From NCBI GenBank assembly GCA_963785415.1, contig CAWAVB010000001.1, positions 1,443,922 to 1,507,921 of the forward strand: DNA of 64,000 bases. Reading direction: 5' to 3'. Below the pieces are notes generated by a model. That model searched no databases and was not told the origin of the DNA. It saw only the letters and a list, made by a program, of their open reading frames with translations. The position numbers and the translations under genes are program-made. The stretch comes from an uncultured Acidimicrobiaceae bacterium (lineage in GTDB: Bacteria > Actinomycetota > Acidimicrobiia > Acidimicrobiales > Bog-793). This document shows, piece after piece, positions 42,374-52,641 of the stretch; positions within the stretch are counted from its first letter, which is position 1, and the number at the start of each line of letters is the position of its first letter.

Positions 42374-43421
42374 GGCTTGACGAACCGAGCTCGTTGCCGC
42401 CGACGATCGGCGTGTCGCGGCGACCAAGGGGATGGCTAGCCGGGTCTGACACAATCATGTAGAGCGGTTTGCCCATCGCCATGCGCACTGCGACGCCCAC
42501 ATACTCTGCAACGACGCCTAGGGCGAGGAGGTTGATTCCGCCGAGAACGAGAATGACCACTGCAAGCGAGGTCCAGCCCTGCACCTTGATCCCGCCTGTG
42601 AACCGCTCCACCACTAGGAATACCGCGAGCCCTGCACCCATGATCGCCGCGACGATGCCGAAGAGAGATACCAATCGCAGCGGTCGAGGTCCGATCGAGA
42701 CGACGAGTCTCCAGAAGTGCGAAAGCAACTTCCGAAATGAATACCCGGACCTTCTGCCATGCTCCGTGCGAAAGCTGACCGGACAGTAGCTGACTCTCGA
42801 GAATGCCCAGCTGAGCGCGACGTCAAGGTACACGCCCGGTCCAACGTACGCCGCAATGCCTCGTCCAATCTCGCCGAGCATGAGTCGAAAGCTGCTGTAC
42901 TTCGCGACACTCCCATCGGAGAGTATTCGTGTTGCGATGAATCGTGCACCTCGTGACGCCAAGTTTCGCAATGCGCCGTGCGGCGGTTCGTTCTCTGATA
43001 GCCCGTATACGAGCGGCACGCCATCACTCATTGCCACGTCGAGAAGCCGCGGAACATCTCCCGGCGCGAATTGCCCGTCCTCGTCTAGCGTGACTATCCA
43101 CTCCGAGCCAGTCGAGGCGATTCCGGCAATCGTCGCGGCATGCTGGCCGAAATTTCGGGATAACCAGATTGGCCGGACAAAGGGGTACTCTTCCGCCATC
43201 TTGCGGATGACCATGTCTGATCGATCTGGGCCTTCGTCGCGTACAAGCAGGACCTCTGTGACACGCATGCGGTGCTTCCCGGGTGTGACGCAGCCGGCCG
43301 CTAGGGGCGCGATCTCGTCCATCAGCCCTGATAGCGTCAGCTCGCCCTGGTAAACGGGGACGACCACCGAGATCGTGTGTTCGAATTCAGGCATGTCGCG
43401 ATCAACCATCGGCAAGCACAC
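42366..43421 (-). CDS. GT2 polyprenyl-phosphate glycosyltransferase (GtrB/ArnC/PpgS-like) with two C-terminal TM helices
   Basis: ISVVVPVYQGE...VLLVRDEGPDRS...LSRNFGQHAATIAGI...IVTLDEDGQ, plus C-terminal TM segments LVSLFGIVAAIMGAGLAVFLVV and SLAVVILVLGGINLLALGVVAEYV. Alternative starts lie at 43409 and 43394. Confidence 0.8.
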   Translation of the reverse strand: MCLPMVDRDMPEFEHTISVVVPVYQGELTLSGLMDEIAPLAAGCVTPGKHRMRVTEVLLVRDEGPDRSDMVIRKMAEEYPFVRPIWLSRNFGQHAATIAGIASTGSEWIVTLDEDGQFAPGDVPRLLDVAMSDGVPLVYGLSENEPPHGALRNLASRGARFIATRILSDGSVAKYSSFRLMLGEIGRGIAAYVGPGVYLDVALSWAFSRVSYCPVSFRTEHGRRSGYSFRKLLSHFWRLVVSIGPRPLRLVSLFGIVAAIMGAGLAVFLVVERFTGGIKVQGWTSLAVVILVLGGINLLALGVVAEYVGVAVRMAMGKPLYMIVSDPASHPLGRRDTPIVGGNELGSSSHV

Positions 43422-43739
43422 TATCGCTGACCGTACTTCGTCTCACCAGGCCCTGCGTAGCGAACTGGCTGCTGAGACCCGTCCCATGCGCAACGCTCGC
43501 GCACTGCTGTACGAATCTTCAACGCATCCACGACTCCAGAGCACCGCAGCCTGACAGCCTGGCACTGCACGCGTCTTTCTTGTGAAACCTATCTGTACGG
43601 CGACGATCGAAGTCTGTATTGCCACACTGGTCATGGAGACATTCGGTCCGGAGTTCAGCGGCTCGGCGTCGTGGACGATCGACTGCACGGTTGAAGGTTT
43701 CCGCCCGGCGAAACCCGTCCAACCGACCGCCGTACCCAT

Positions 43740-44906
43740 TCAGGACTCATTCGTCGTGTCAGTTAGCCCTAGCTGCAGAATGCGGTGCGCGATTATCGCC
43801 ATGGAGGAGGAAAGTCGAATACGGCTACTCTCCTCCGTAAGCGCTCTGTGCACATTCTCGTCTTCTATGACAGCAGTCAGTGCCGTCCGCAGAGCATCTT
43901 GGTTTCCTGGCGGAAAGTACAGAGCGCTCTCGCCCAGTTCCTCTCGAAGTCCTGGCTGATCCGATGCCACCACCGGCAGCTCTGCGGCGATCGCGAGCGC
44001 CGCGATCCCGCTCTGCGTTGCCTTTCGATATGGCAGCGCCATAACACGGGACAACTTCAATACAGCGGGCAGGTCCGCTGCGGCGACGTATCCCTGGAAG
44101 GTGATGCAAGCTCCGCTGCGCAGGGATCTTGCTTGCGTCTTGAGCTTCCGATGGTACGCGCGATCGCGGAGACCCATCACTCTGAGAAGACCTTGGCGCG
44201 GTCTCGGGGAACCAGCGATCAACACCTCGGGGCGGCTCATCTTGTGCGGCGCGATGTCACCAGCTACAGCGATCAGCGACTCGATTCCCTTGTAGGGATG
44301 AATAAATCCCAAACTGAGAACGACGTCGTCGCTGCGCAGATCGTAGGAGGCCCGTACGCGCTGGACGTCGTGCTCGGAAGGCACTGGTAACTCAGGTATT
44401 CCAAGATGCATCGAGACGATCGGGGCCGGAATTCTGGCATCGGCAAGAGTCGAGAGTGCGACGCTCGAAAAGACAATCGAAACGTCGGATGTCGTCGCGA
44501 TTCGGCGGTAAATGTGCTTCGCAAGAGGTCCGAACATAGCGAACTCTCGGCCCGGCTCGTGGTACGCGATCAAGACACGGGCATCTTGGGTCCTTGCAAC
44601 TTTGCAGATCGTGAGAGTCGGCCGGATCGCGGTGGTTAGGGTGCTGATAGCGAATTGCACAAAGACCACATGAGGTTGAAACGACGAAACGAGATCACGC
44701 GCTCGTGACAGCGATTCACGCGAGGGCCCCAGTACGCGCGCTACACGCAAGCCACCTGGCTCCAGTGTCGTCGACGTAGAGTTTCCCGGCGCGGCGATAA
44801 GAACATCCGCTGTGGCAGACCACGCCGCCGCAATCGCGCGGGTGTGATCTGCTACCCCCTCGTAGGGAGGCGGGTACGTCGATACGACAAGGATCCTCGT
44901 GGTCAT
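43740..44906 (-). CDS. glycosyltransferase family 4 (GT-B, Glycos_transf_1)
   Basis: ILVVSTYPPPYEGVADHT N-terminus. In the C-terminal half, RVMALPYRKATQSGIAALA resembles the E(x7)E-region context. The ATG at 44906 is preferred over the ORF opening at 44957. Confidence 0.8.
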   Translation of the reverse strand: MTTRILVVSTYPPPYEGVADHTRAIAAAWSATADVLIAAPGNSTSTTLEPGGLRVARVLGPSRESLSRARDLVSSFQPHVVFVQFAISTLTTAIRPTLTICKVARTQDARVLIAYHEPGREFAMFGPLAKHIYRRIATTSDVSIVFSSVALSTLADARIPAPIVSMHLGIPELPVPSEHDVQRVRASYDLRSDDVVLSLGFIHPYKGIESLIAVAGDIAPHKMSRPEVLIAGSPRPRQGLLRVMGLRDRAYHRKLKTQARSLRSGACITFQGYVAAADLPAVLKLSRVMALPYRKATQSGIAALAIAAELPVVASDQPGLREELGESALYFPPGNQDALRTALTAVIEDENVHRALTEESSRIRLSSSMAIIAHRILQLGLTDTTNES

Positions 44907-45134
44907 ATGTGCGTACTCAGTCAGTCGCGGGACGGCCCTCCGGCGGCGCCGTCGCATGTGAACGCGGGCATTGAACCGCGCCGGAATCTTTTGTCAGCCA
45001 CCAGCTACGTTCCGGACCCGGTCCCAAGTCTGTTCTCGGTGTTGCAGCCGTGTACACAACGTCCGGCAGCCCGACCGGATAATCGTGATGTGGCACGGTC
45101 ACGGCATCTCGGTTTCGCGGTATCGGAGCCCGCA

Positions 45135-46088
45135 TTACTTGACGCTCTGTGACAGCTTGCGAAACTCGTTGAGAATCCGTAAGCGCAAGCCACGGTACCA
45201 CGACTTCGGGATCACTCGCTGCGAGACGAATCGTGTGAGGCACGCACGTTGACCTATAACGCCAATGCGGATCCAGACGATTAGTGCTGCCCTGGTTGCA
45301 AAGAACAGACGTTGAGTGAGTCCATCCGATTGAAATCTCCTGCGATCACAGAGAGCTAAAAGGACATTCCACGCCTCAGAGGACGCGGGAAACAAACGGC
45401 CAAATGGGCCCAGCTCGAGCTGCTTCGCGTAATAGCGCAAATCCCGCGACTCACTGTCAGCGTCGCGGTAGAGCGAGGCATCAGGTACTACGTCGAGGGT
45501 TCCGCAATTGAGTAGCGAAAGTGTCCAGATCCAATCTCCACCGAGGCCCGTCGGAAACGGCAGATTCGCAATGGCAGTATCAGTGCGGCATACGCCATAT
45601 ACAGGTGCATTTGAAGTTACGGCCCAAAGATAGGAAATGATCCGTGCCTGAGGACTGGATTGAAGTGCTGTGAGAATTGGTTCAGGCGAGGAGAGAGCCT
45701 CGGAACGCCACCAATCTTGTCCGACCACAACTGCATGGTTCTCGCGCTCGAGTACTTCGACACAGCGGCGAATGTAGTTCGGCGTAATCCAGTCGTCATC
45801 GGCCAACCACATAAAGTACTTTCCGCGCGCGTTCTGCAGACCTGCCTCGAAATTGCGAACCGGACCAAGATTGGACGCGTGGCGAATGTACCTGACACTC
45901 GGATGCATCTCTGCGATAGCGCGGCCAACCGCTTCCGTATTGTCCGTCGATGCATTGTCCACGATGATGACTTCTACAGGTCCACAGTCCTGTGAGAGGG
46001 CCGAGTTGACCGCCGCCTGAAGGAGTCTGGCGCGGTTGAAGGTTGGAATTGCGATTGTCGCGAATGGGCGGGTTGGTTGCTCAGCCAA
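45135..46088 (-). CDS. glycosyltransferase family 2
   Basis: ATIAIPTFNRARLLQAAVNSALSQ...VIIVDNASTDNT...WLADDDW (DxD). The start is TTG. Confidence 0.8.
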   Translation of the reverse strand: MAEQPTRPFATIAIPTFNRARLLQAAVNSALSQDCGPVEVIIVDNASTDNTEAVGRAIAEMHPSVRYIRHASNLGPVRNFEAGLQNARGKYFMWLADDDWITPNYIRRCVEVLERENHAVVVGQDWWRSEALSSPEPILTALQSSPQARIISYLWAVTSNAPVYGVCRTDTAIANLPFPTGLGGDWIWTLSLLNCGTLDVVPDASLYRDADSESRDLRYYAKQLELGPFGRLFPASSEAWNVLLALCDRRRFQSDGLTQRLFFATRAALIVWIRIGVIGQRACLTRFVSQRVIPKSWYRGLRLRILNEFRKLSQSVK

Positions 46089-46632
46089 GGCTCCCCCCTA
46101 CCGTGATTGTCGATCGCGAGCAAATTTCGATGTAGTTCACGGCGGTCAGGTCGTTACCGCTTGCGCGCCAGAACGGTCTAGGCGACCCACTCCATTGCCC
46201 CCGACAATGTAGCTTGCTGCAGTGCATTCGCAGGCCGTCCCTGTGTGAAGACGCTGATCTCGAGCTTCGCGAGCTGAAGGGCAGACGGTGCCTTGCCGAG
46301 ACTAGCTTGAATATCCCATCCGCCGCGAAAGGGTCCAACCACGAAGCTGCGGAGCAGCGAGCGTGATCATCGTGGAAGGCTGGGTGCTACCCTATGCAGG
46401 CACGTCGGCCGCAACAAGAGCTGCCGATACCGACGTGTGCTGCACCCTTGTTTCGCGTTGGGGCTCCCATTTGGAAAGAACTTGATGACAGCCCGCCCAC
46501 AACTGTGCGTGACGGGATTCGAGCCGCCACATTGGAAATGATCGGACGAATCGAGTGCAGCGCATTGCCATTTCCCGTTCTCTAGTGACGGTCGAGTCGC
46601 TGCTTCGAACCCGCACACCCTGAAGAGCAGAA

Positions 46633-47478
46633 GTGAAACAGCCTTTAGTCTCGATAGTGATTCCGATATACAACGGAGAGCGTCATCTCGAGCAGTGCAT
46701 CACGTCCGTGCTCGGTCAAACCTATTCGAACATCGAGCTCGTCCTTGCTGATTCGGCATCTACGGATCGCTCGCAAGATGTCATCGACGGATTCAGGGAC
46801 AGTCGCGTTCGTCAACTCCCGCTCCCGGATCGTCGTCTCGAAGTACACGAGAATTGGGAGCGCGCTCTCGGCGCGGCAACCGGCGAGTTCGTCAAGCTGG
46901 TGTGTCAGGATGATGCACTGATGCCTGATTGTGTCGGAAATCAGTTAGATCTAATGACCTTGTACCCAGACGCAAGAATCGCGGCGTCGAGACGCACGAT
47001 TATCGGTGAGGACGGGCGGGTACTACTTCGAGCGAGAGGACTTGGATCCCTGGTCCGAGCTCGCTCACCTCGCCTGGTGACAGTTCACGAACTCGCACGA
47101 GCCTGCGCGCGCGCTGGGACAAATCTACTCGGAGAGCCCGCGAGCGTCCTCTTCCGACGTGAATTCCTCAGCTACCCGCTATTCGATCGTAGCTGGCACT
47201 ATACGATGGACTTGGACTTGTATTTTCGCGCGCTCAACTCCGGATCTGCAGTGGTTGACCAGAGGGTCGTTGCTTACTTCCGGATTAGTGCGCATCAATT
47301 GAGCGCCAAACTCGCCGGCCAGCAGGCCCGGGAAACGCGGGATTTCTTCGCCAACCTCGCCCAGACGTATCCAGGAAGTCTCAGCCGTCTCGACCTGGCT
47401 GTCGCCTCGGTGACATCGTTTGGGATCTCATTGGGTCGCAAGTATCTCTATCTGCGCCAGCCCGATCGGGGTCATTAA
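46633..47478 (+). CDS. glycosyltransferase family 2
   Basis: VSIVIPIYNGERHLEQCITSVLGQTY...LVLADSASTDRS...CQDDAL (DxD-like). The start is GTG. Confidence 0.8.
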   Translation: MKQPLVSIVIPIYNGERHLEQCITSVLGQTYSNIELVLADSASTDRSQDVIDGFRDSRVRQLPLPDRRLEVHENWERALGAATGEFVKLVCQDDALMPDCVGNQLDLMTLYPDARIAASRRTIIGEDGRVLLRARGLGSLVRARSPRLVTVHELARACARAGTNLLGEPASVLFRREFLSYPLFDRSWHYTMDLDLYFRALNSGSAVVDQRVVAYFRISAHQLSAKLAGQQARETRDFFANLAQTYPGSLSRLDLAVASVTSFGISLGRKYLYLRQPDRGH

Positions 47479-47925
47479 GCAAGTATTGCGACCAGCTACT
47501 GGGATAGCTGAGTTCTTCAGTTTGCGGGCACAGTTCCCGAACCTTGTCGCGAGGAGGCGCACCGCTGCATAACTACCGACTTGTTCCGTAGTAAAGCGGG
47601 AATTGATGATCGCGGTTGTGTACCTGATCGGGGGTTCGGCGCGCGGTCGGTCGACTTTGCGCAGTGGCTTCGACAACCCGGAACTGATCGCACCGAGCCC
47701 TTCCGCTGCCACGGATCAAACCGCACCGAGGAAGTCGAGCCTGAAGCGGCTCTGCCGATCAGCCCCGAGTTCGGCGGTAGTTGCCACAGATCACGCGGCG
47801 CCAAGGAACCAAGCTAGATGTGAAGCCAACCGTGAGACTCGGTCAAGCAGCGCTACGAAGAGTTGCAACCGTCGCAACGTCGTCCGCGCTCTAACATCCC
47901 CGGCATCGTGAGCATTCCTCCTCCG

Positions 47926-49500
47926 ATGGCTGAATCTGACGGCGACCAGAGTCTCTGCGGTCCTCCAAGGCTCGGTGCGACTGTCGGGCCACGGACACAG
48001 GACGCCGCTTCATCGGCCTCCGCCGAGAAGCCCACCGATGTGCTCTCTAGCTCTGCTGCTGGTGCGACAGCTATGCGCGGGGGAGTTCTGCGCGTCGGTG
48101 GATACGCGGTCGGCCTGCTCGCGAGCATGGGATCGACCGCCTTGCTCTTCCGCCATCTCGGTGTCATCGACACGGGGCGCTATGTGACCGCGCTGTCGCT
48201 AGTCGCGATCGTTGGAGGACTTTCTGACCTAGGGCTAACCGCTTTCGGTGTACGCGAGATCTCAACACGGCCACCTCATGAGCGCTGGGCACTTGCACGT
48301 GACCTCCTTGGGTTGCGGATCACTCTCACGATTCTTGGCGGAATCGTGGTTACGGCCATCGCTTGGGCAGCGTATTCGTACGTACTTGCAGTTGGAGTAG
48401 CGCTTGCCAGCGTCGGTCTGCTGTTCCAAGTCACGCAGGACAACTTTGCCCTTCCGCTACTCGTCGAGCTGCGGTTGGGATGGGTTGCCGTGCTTGACCT
48501 CACCCGCCAACTGCTGACAGCGCTGCTTATCGTGGTGCTGGTCTTCCTCGGCTCGCAGCTCCTGCCGTTTCTCGGAGTGTCAATCCCTGCGGGCTTGGTG
48601 GTCGTGGCGATCGCGGCGCTGCTCGTCCGCCGCACGCGCACGCTGACCCCCACCTTCAGCTGGCGCCGCTGGCGCACGTTCATGTCCGCTATCTTGCCGT
48701 ACTCGGCAGCCGTCGCTGCATCGGTGTTGTATTTCCGGATCTCGATCCTGCTTGTCTCGGCGCTATCGAATGGTGTCCAGCTTGGCTACTTCAGTGCATC
48801 GTTCCGCATTATCGAAGCTGGGACGGTCATACCGGCCTTGCTGGTGAGCTCGGCGTTCCCGATTTTCGCTCGAGCTGCGCACGAAGACCACGATCGTCTC
48901 GCCAACGCCATTTCGAGGGTGTTCCATTCGGCGCTTATTGCTGGCGCCTGGGTCGCAACTTCGATCGCTGTCGGCGCGCCGCTCGCTATGACCATCGTCG
49001 GAGGGGCTCGCTTTGCAGCGGCCGCCCCCGTGCTCGCGATTCAGGGTATCGGCCTGGGGGCGATGTTCATGAATGTCGTGTGGGGCTACGCCCTACTGAG
49101 CCTCCGACTGTACCGCTTGATACTCCTGATCAACTTCGGTGCGCTCGTCCTCAACGTGGCCCTTGTCGCTCCTCTCGTGATCGTCGACGGGGCGCGTGGC
49201 GCGGCAATCGGCACGGCTACTGTCGAAGTGATCGCCACAGTCGTCCAGGCTGTGGCAGTCGTCCGCGGAAGGCCCCACCTGCGTCCTTCGCTGCGGATGT
49301 TGCCATTCGTCGTGCTTGCCACGGCGGCAGGCCTGGCGCCACTAGCGATGACGAACGTAGCCGTCATCCTACGGTTGTTGACTTCGACCGCGCTTTTCAG
49401 CGTCGTCGTGCTCCTCACCCGCTCCTTCCCTCCAGAGCTGCTCGATCTGGTACCTCGGCTCGGATCCCGTAGCCGTAGAAACCGCGACGGTCAACCGTGA
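47926..49500 (+). CDS. Wzx-type oligosaccharide flippase (MOP superfamily polysaccharide biosynthesis protein)
   Basis: 12-14 TM segments and the N-terminal pattern GGVLRVGGYAVGLLASMGSTALLFRHLG..DTGRY. The start is uncertain (47863, 47926 or 48073). Confidence 0.75.
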   Translation: MAESDGDQSLCGPPRLGATVGPRTQDAASSASAEKPTDVLSSSAAGATAMRGGVLRVGGYAVGLLASMGSTALLFRHLGVIDTGRYVTALSLVAIVGGLSDLGLTAFGVREISTRPPHERWALARDLLGLRITLTILGGIVVTAIAWAAYSYVLAVGVALASVGLLFQVTQDNFALPLLVELRLGWVAVLDLTRQLLTALLIVVLVFLGSQLLPFLGVSIPAGLVVVAIAALLVRRTRTLTPTFSWRRWRTFMSAILPYSAAVAASVLYFRISILLVSALSNGVQLGYFSASFRIIEAGTVIPALLVSSAFPIFARAAHEDHDRLANAISRVFHSALIAGAWVATSIAVGAPLAMTIVGGARFAAAAPVLAIQGIGLGAMFMNVVWGYALLSLRLYRLILLINFGALVLNVALVAPLVIVDGARGAAIGTATVEVIATVVQAVAVVRGRPHLRPSLRMLPFVVLATAAGLAPLAMTNVAVILRLLTSTALFSVVVLLTRSFPPELLDLVPRLGSRSRRNRDGQP

Positions 49501-50468
49501 TTGCCGTCGTGCATCTCGTCGGCCCTCCGTGGGACCCCGAGCGCCTGCGTACATTCCTCGCCTCCTATCGCACACATCAGGCGGGCACCGAACACGAGCT
49601 CGTTGTGCTCGTAAATGGAGGGACACCACAACAGCGGCAAGCGCTGGAGGGCGAGCTTGAAGGTGTCGAGCATCAGCTCATAGTGGACGAGCCCGTGGAC
49701 CTAGCCGCCTACCTGCAAGCCGCCAAACGCCTACCACACGATCGGCTCTGCTTTCTCAACTCCCACAGCGTGATTCTGGCCCAGGATTGGCTGGCGAAGC
49801 TTGCACATGCGCTGGACCAGCCGGGCGCTGGACTCGTCGGAGCCACGGGATCGTGGGAGAGCGTCCGCTCGGTCGCGTTGAACTCGCTCTTCCTGCCCAA
49901 TGCGTACCGGGGTGCCATCCCAAAGGGAAGCCTCGCGCGTGGTGAAATGACCGACCTCCTCTACGAGTTGGAGTCGCTACGGTCACAATCCCAGGCCTCC
50001 GCGAATTCGGCGCTACCAGCTGCGACGCGATGGCGATCGGCAGCTGTCACCTTGAGGTCGCTTCCCGCCATGCCTCGCCAAGTCCTCCGTTTCCCGCCGT
50101 TTCCTGCCTATCACGTCCGCACAAACGCGTTCATGCTCCGTCGCTCGACCTTTAGGGCCATGCAAATAGGTGCCATTAGGGGTAGGACCGACGCCTACTT
50201 CCTGGAGAGCGGGCGACGCAGTATTACGCGTCAGATACTAGGGCACGAACTTCGTGCCCTAGTCGTGGACCGCCACGGCAATTTCTATGATCATACTGTC
50301 TGGCCACACAGTCACACTTTCCGTCAGGGAGACCAGGAAGGTCTTCTCATCGCTGATAATCAGACGCGCGCCTACGCAAAGGGAGGGCTGGAGTTGCGGC
50401 GACTGCTGTCCGCCATCACCTGGGGATCACATGCTGAGCCGCGGGCAAAGCGCGCGCCCCCATCATGA
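49497..50468 (+). CDS. hypothetical protein (possible GT-A-like fold), translationally coupled to the flippase
   Basis: The GTG at 49497 overlaps the Wzx stop as GTGA. LVVLVNGG...CFLNSHSVILAQDWLAKL is reminiscent of GT-A Rossmann-like strands, but no DxD motif is present. No confident family assignment. Confidence 0.5.
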   Translation: MIAVVHLVGPPWDPERLRTFLASYRTHQAGTEHELVVLVNGGTPQQRQALEGELEGVEHQLIVDEPVDLAAYLQAAKRLPHDRLCFLNSHSVILAQDWLAKLAHALDQPGAGLVGATGSWESVRSVALNSLFLPNAYRGAIPKGSLARGEMTDLLYELESLRSQSQASANSALPAATRWRSAAVTLRSLPAMPRQVLRFPPFPAYHVRTNAFMLRRSTFRAMQIGAIRGRTDAYFLESGRRSITRQILGHELRALVVDRHGNFYDHTVWPHSHTFRQGDQEGLLIADNQTRAYAKGGLELRRLLSAITWGSHAEPRAKRAPPS

Positions 50469-50981
50469 GTGCCAGCAATCAATTGGACAAGTGGTCGAGT
50501 ATCCGCGATCGAATCGAAGCCAGCTTTGGCCTAATAGGTCTATAGAGCGAACGTAATGTACAATGCACCGATCCAGATAGACTTCGGGGAATGACTCGGT
50601 GTAGAAGTGATCTAATTAGTGCAGTTAAGTCCCCAATCGCCCCCAGACAAACCCAAACAATTATAGTCGGCTTTGCCGCGGGCACCCCTCGATCGAGGAT
50701 GGACGTGCCCGTTGGAAGTCTCTGGCTACAGGTCCTGAGCATTTCCGATGGATGCAAAATACGGAGATACCGCTGCCCAAGCTTGCCGTGCTCGAGTTTC
50801 GTGGGTGATGTAGATACCGGCTATTACGGAGAATCGCGGCGTCGGAGAGCAGTTTGCTCGCTCGTTAATCAACATGCTCTAAGCCGAAACGATGGTCATC
50901 CCCAATGATCGGATTTGCTCGAGCTTCACTAGGGTGCATCGCTCACCGGCTGGCGCACCTTCGGACTGATATGTTTCGGCC

Positions 50982-51710
50982 GTGGGTGGCTACAACGCAG
51001 AGTTCATGTCCTCCGGGGCGGCGGCCGCAGAGAAGAATGTCGCTGCCGTCTTGCCGCTCATCGTTGCAGAGCTCGGCATGCCGCCTGCGACTCTTGTTGA
51101 TGTCGGATGCGGTGCGGGCGGGTGGGTTCGGGAGTTCGTCAAGGCTGGCATCGATGCAGTCGGGTACGACGGGCCTTGGGCGGAGCGGCATCTGGTGATC
51201 CCGCGGGACCGGTTCATCCCACACGATCTTGAGAGGCCATTGCCCATAGACAGCCGCTACGAAATGGCGGTGAGCATCGAGGTTGCAGAGCACCTCTCGC
51301 CGATGCGCGGCCCTGGGTTCGTCACCGACCTCTGCGCCCTCTCCGATGTCGTGCTGTTCTCCGCGGCCTTACCCGGCCAGGTGGGTACACACCACATCAA
51401 TCCGCGCTGGCAGTCATACTGGGTGCGCCTCTTCGCGGACAACGGCTACGGGGTGATCGACTGCGTACGCCCTGCCTTGTGGGAAGTACCTCCGGGTGTG
51501 GGTTACGTGCTCGCGCAGCAGTGCTTTCTGTTCGTCCGCGGCGCATCGCCCCACCTCGCGATGCCGGTGAACGTGGTCCATCCTGGTCTTCACGGTCAGC
51601 TGACACATCCGCTCCGCGCAAGAGTCGTCAACAAGCTGCCACCGAGGCTGCAGCGTCGCGTCGTGCATTACTGGCAACTAGTCCGCCGCAGAGTGCCAGT
51701 CGCGAACTAG
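50982..51710 (+). CDS. class I SAM-dependent methyltransferase
   Basis: Motif I LVDVGCGAGGWVREF and the post-I region DAVGYDG. An alternative ATG lies at 51006. Confidence 0.75.
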   Translation: MGGYNAEFMSSGAAAAEKNVAAVLPLIVAELGMPPATLVDVGCGAGGWVREFVKAGIDAVGYDGPWAERHLVIPRDRFIPHDLERPLPIDSRYEMAVSIEVAEHLSPMRGPGFVTDLCALSDVVLFSAALPGQVGTHHINPRWQSYWVRLFADNGYGVIDCVRPALWEVPPGVGYVLAQQCFLFVRGASPHLAMPVNVVHPGLHGQLTHPLRARVVNKLPPRLQRRVVHYWQLVRRRVPVAN

Positions 51711-52639
51711 CCTACTTCCGCGGAGCCTGCACGCTCCCGCCACCAGCTCACTGTCTGCGAGATCCCCGTGGCTAGATCGATCCCTGGTTCGAAGCCGACC
51801 TCTTCTCGTAGCCGTCGTACATCGCCTACCAGGCTGGGCGGCTCGCCCTCAGGGGTGGGCAGTACTCCGCGCCGGATCAGGTCTCCGCGGCCGGTCGCCT
51901 GGCCGATGAATGCGAGCAACTCCCGCAGCGCGATCCCCTTCCCTGAGGCGATGTTGACCGGTCCCACCACCGAACTGTCGAGCAACGCCGCTAGTGCTCG
52001 CCCGACATCCTTGATGTGCAGGAAGTCTCGCACTTGGGTGCCCTCGGTGGTCGGCACCGGCTCGCCCGCGATGAGAGCCTTAATGACCGAGGGAACCAGG
52101 CGGCTGGGTGCCTCGCCAGGCCCGTACATAAAGAACAAGCGAGCCCACGCCAGCTCGACGCCCTCTTGACGGGCGAACGCAGCGGCAATACGCCGCAAGC
52201 CGTCCTTGGCGGCGCCATACACGGTCGCAGGTGCCAGAGGCGAGGCTGACTCGGTCAGCGGCCCACCCACTGTCCAGTCGTACTCGGCGCAGGTGCCGGT
52301 TATCACTACGCGCCGGCCGCCGGATGCCGCAAACGCGCGAAGGAGGTGCAGGCTGGCTGCCACCCAGTCCAAGTTTTCCGGTGCCGACCAGAAGCGGCCG
52401 TGTTCCACGTACCACGCCAGGTGTACGAGCCTCTCGGGCGCGAGCTCGCGCATCAAGGCCTCGACGGGACCGGGCTCGAGCAGGTTGACCCGATGCCAGA
52501 AAGTGTTAGCCAAAGGCGTGGTGGGCTGGTCCTGCCGGTAGGTGGCGTGCACTTCGACATCCGCTTCGGCGAACGCGGTGAGGAGCGCCCGCCCCACGAA
52601 GCCGCTGCCGCCCGTGACGAGGACTGGACCGTGTGCCAT
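51707..52639 (-). CDS. NAD(P)-dependent epimerase/reductase (extended SDR; likely NDP-4-ketosugar reductase)
   Basis: VLVTGGSGFVGRAL and YGAAKDG (YxxxK). It is the last gene of the rfbF operon. Confidence 0.8.
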   Translation of the reverse strand: MAHGPVLVTGGSGFVGRALLTAFAEADVEVHATYRQDQPTTPLANTFWHRVNLLEPGPVEALMRELAPERLVHLAWYVEHGRFWSAPENLDWVAASLHLLRAFAASGGRRVVITGTCAEYDWTVGGPLTESASPLAPATVYGAAKDGLRRIAAAFARQEGVELAWARLFFMYGPGEAPSRLVPSVIKALIAGEPVPTTEGTQVRDFLHIKDVGRALAALLDSSVVGPVNIASGKGIALRELLAFIGQATGRGDLIRRGVLPTPEGEPPSLVGDVRRLREEVGFEPGIDLATGISQTVSWWRERAGSAEVG

Positions 52640-52641
52640 GT

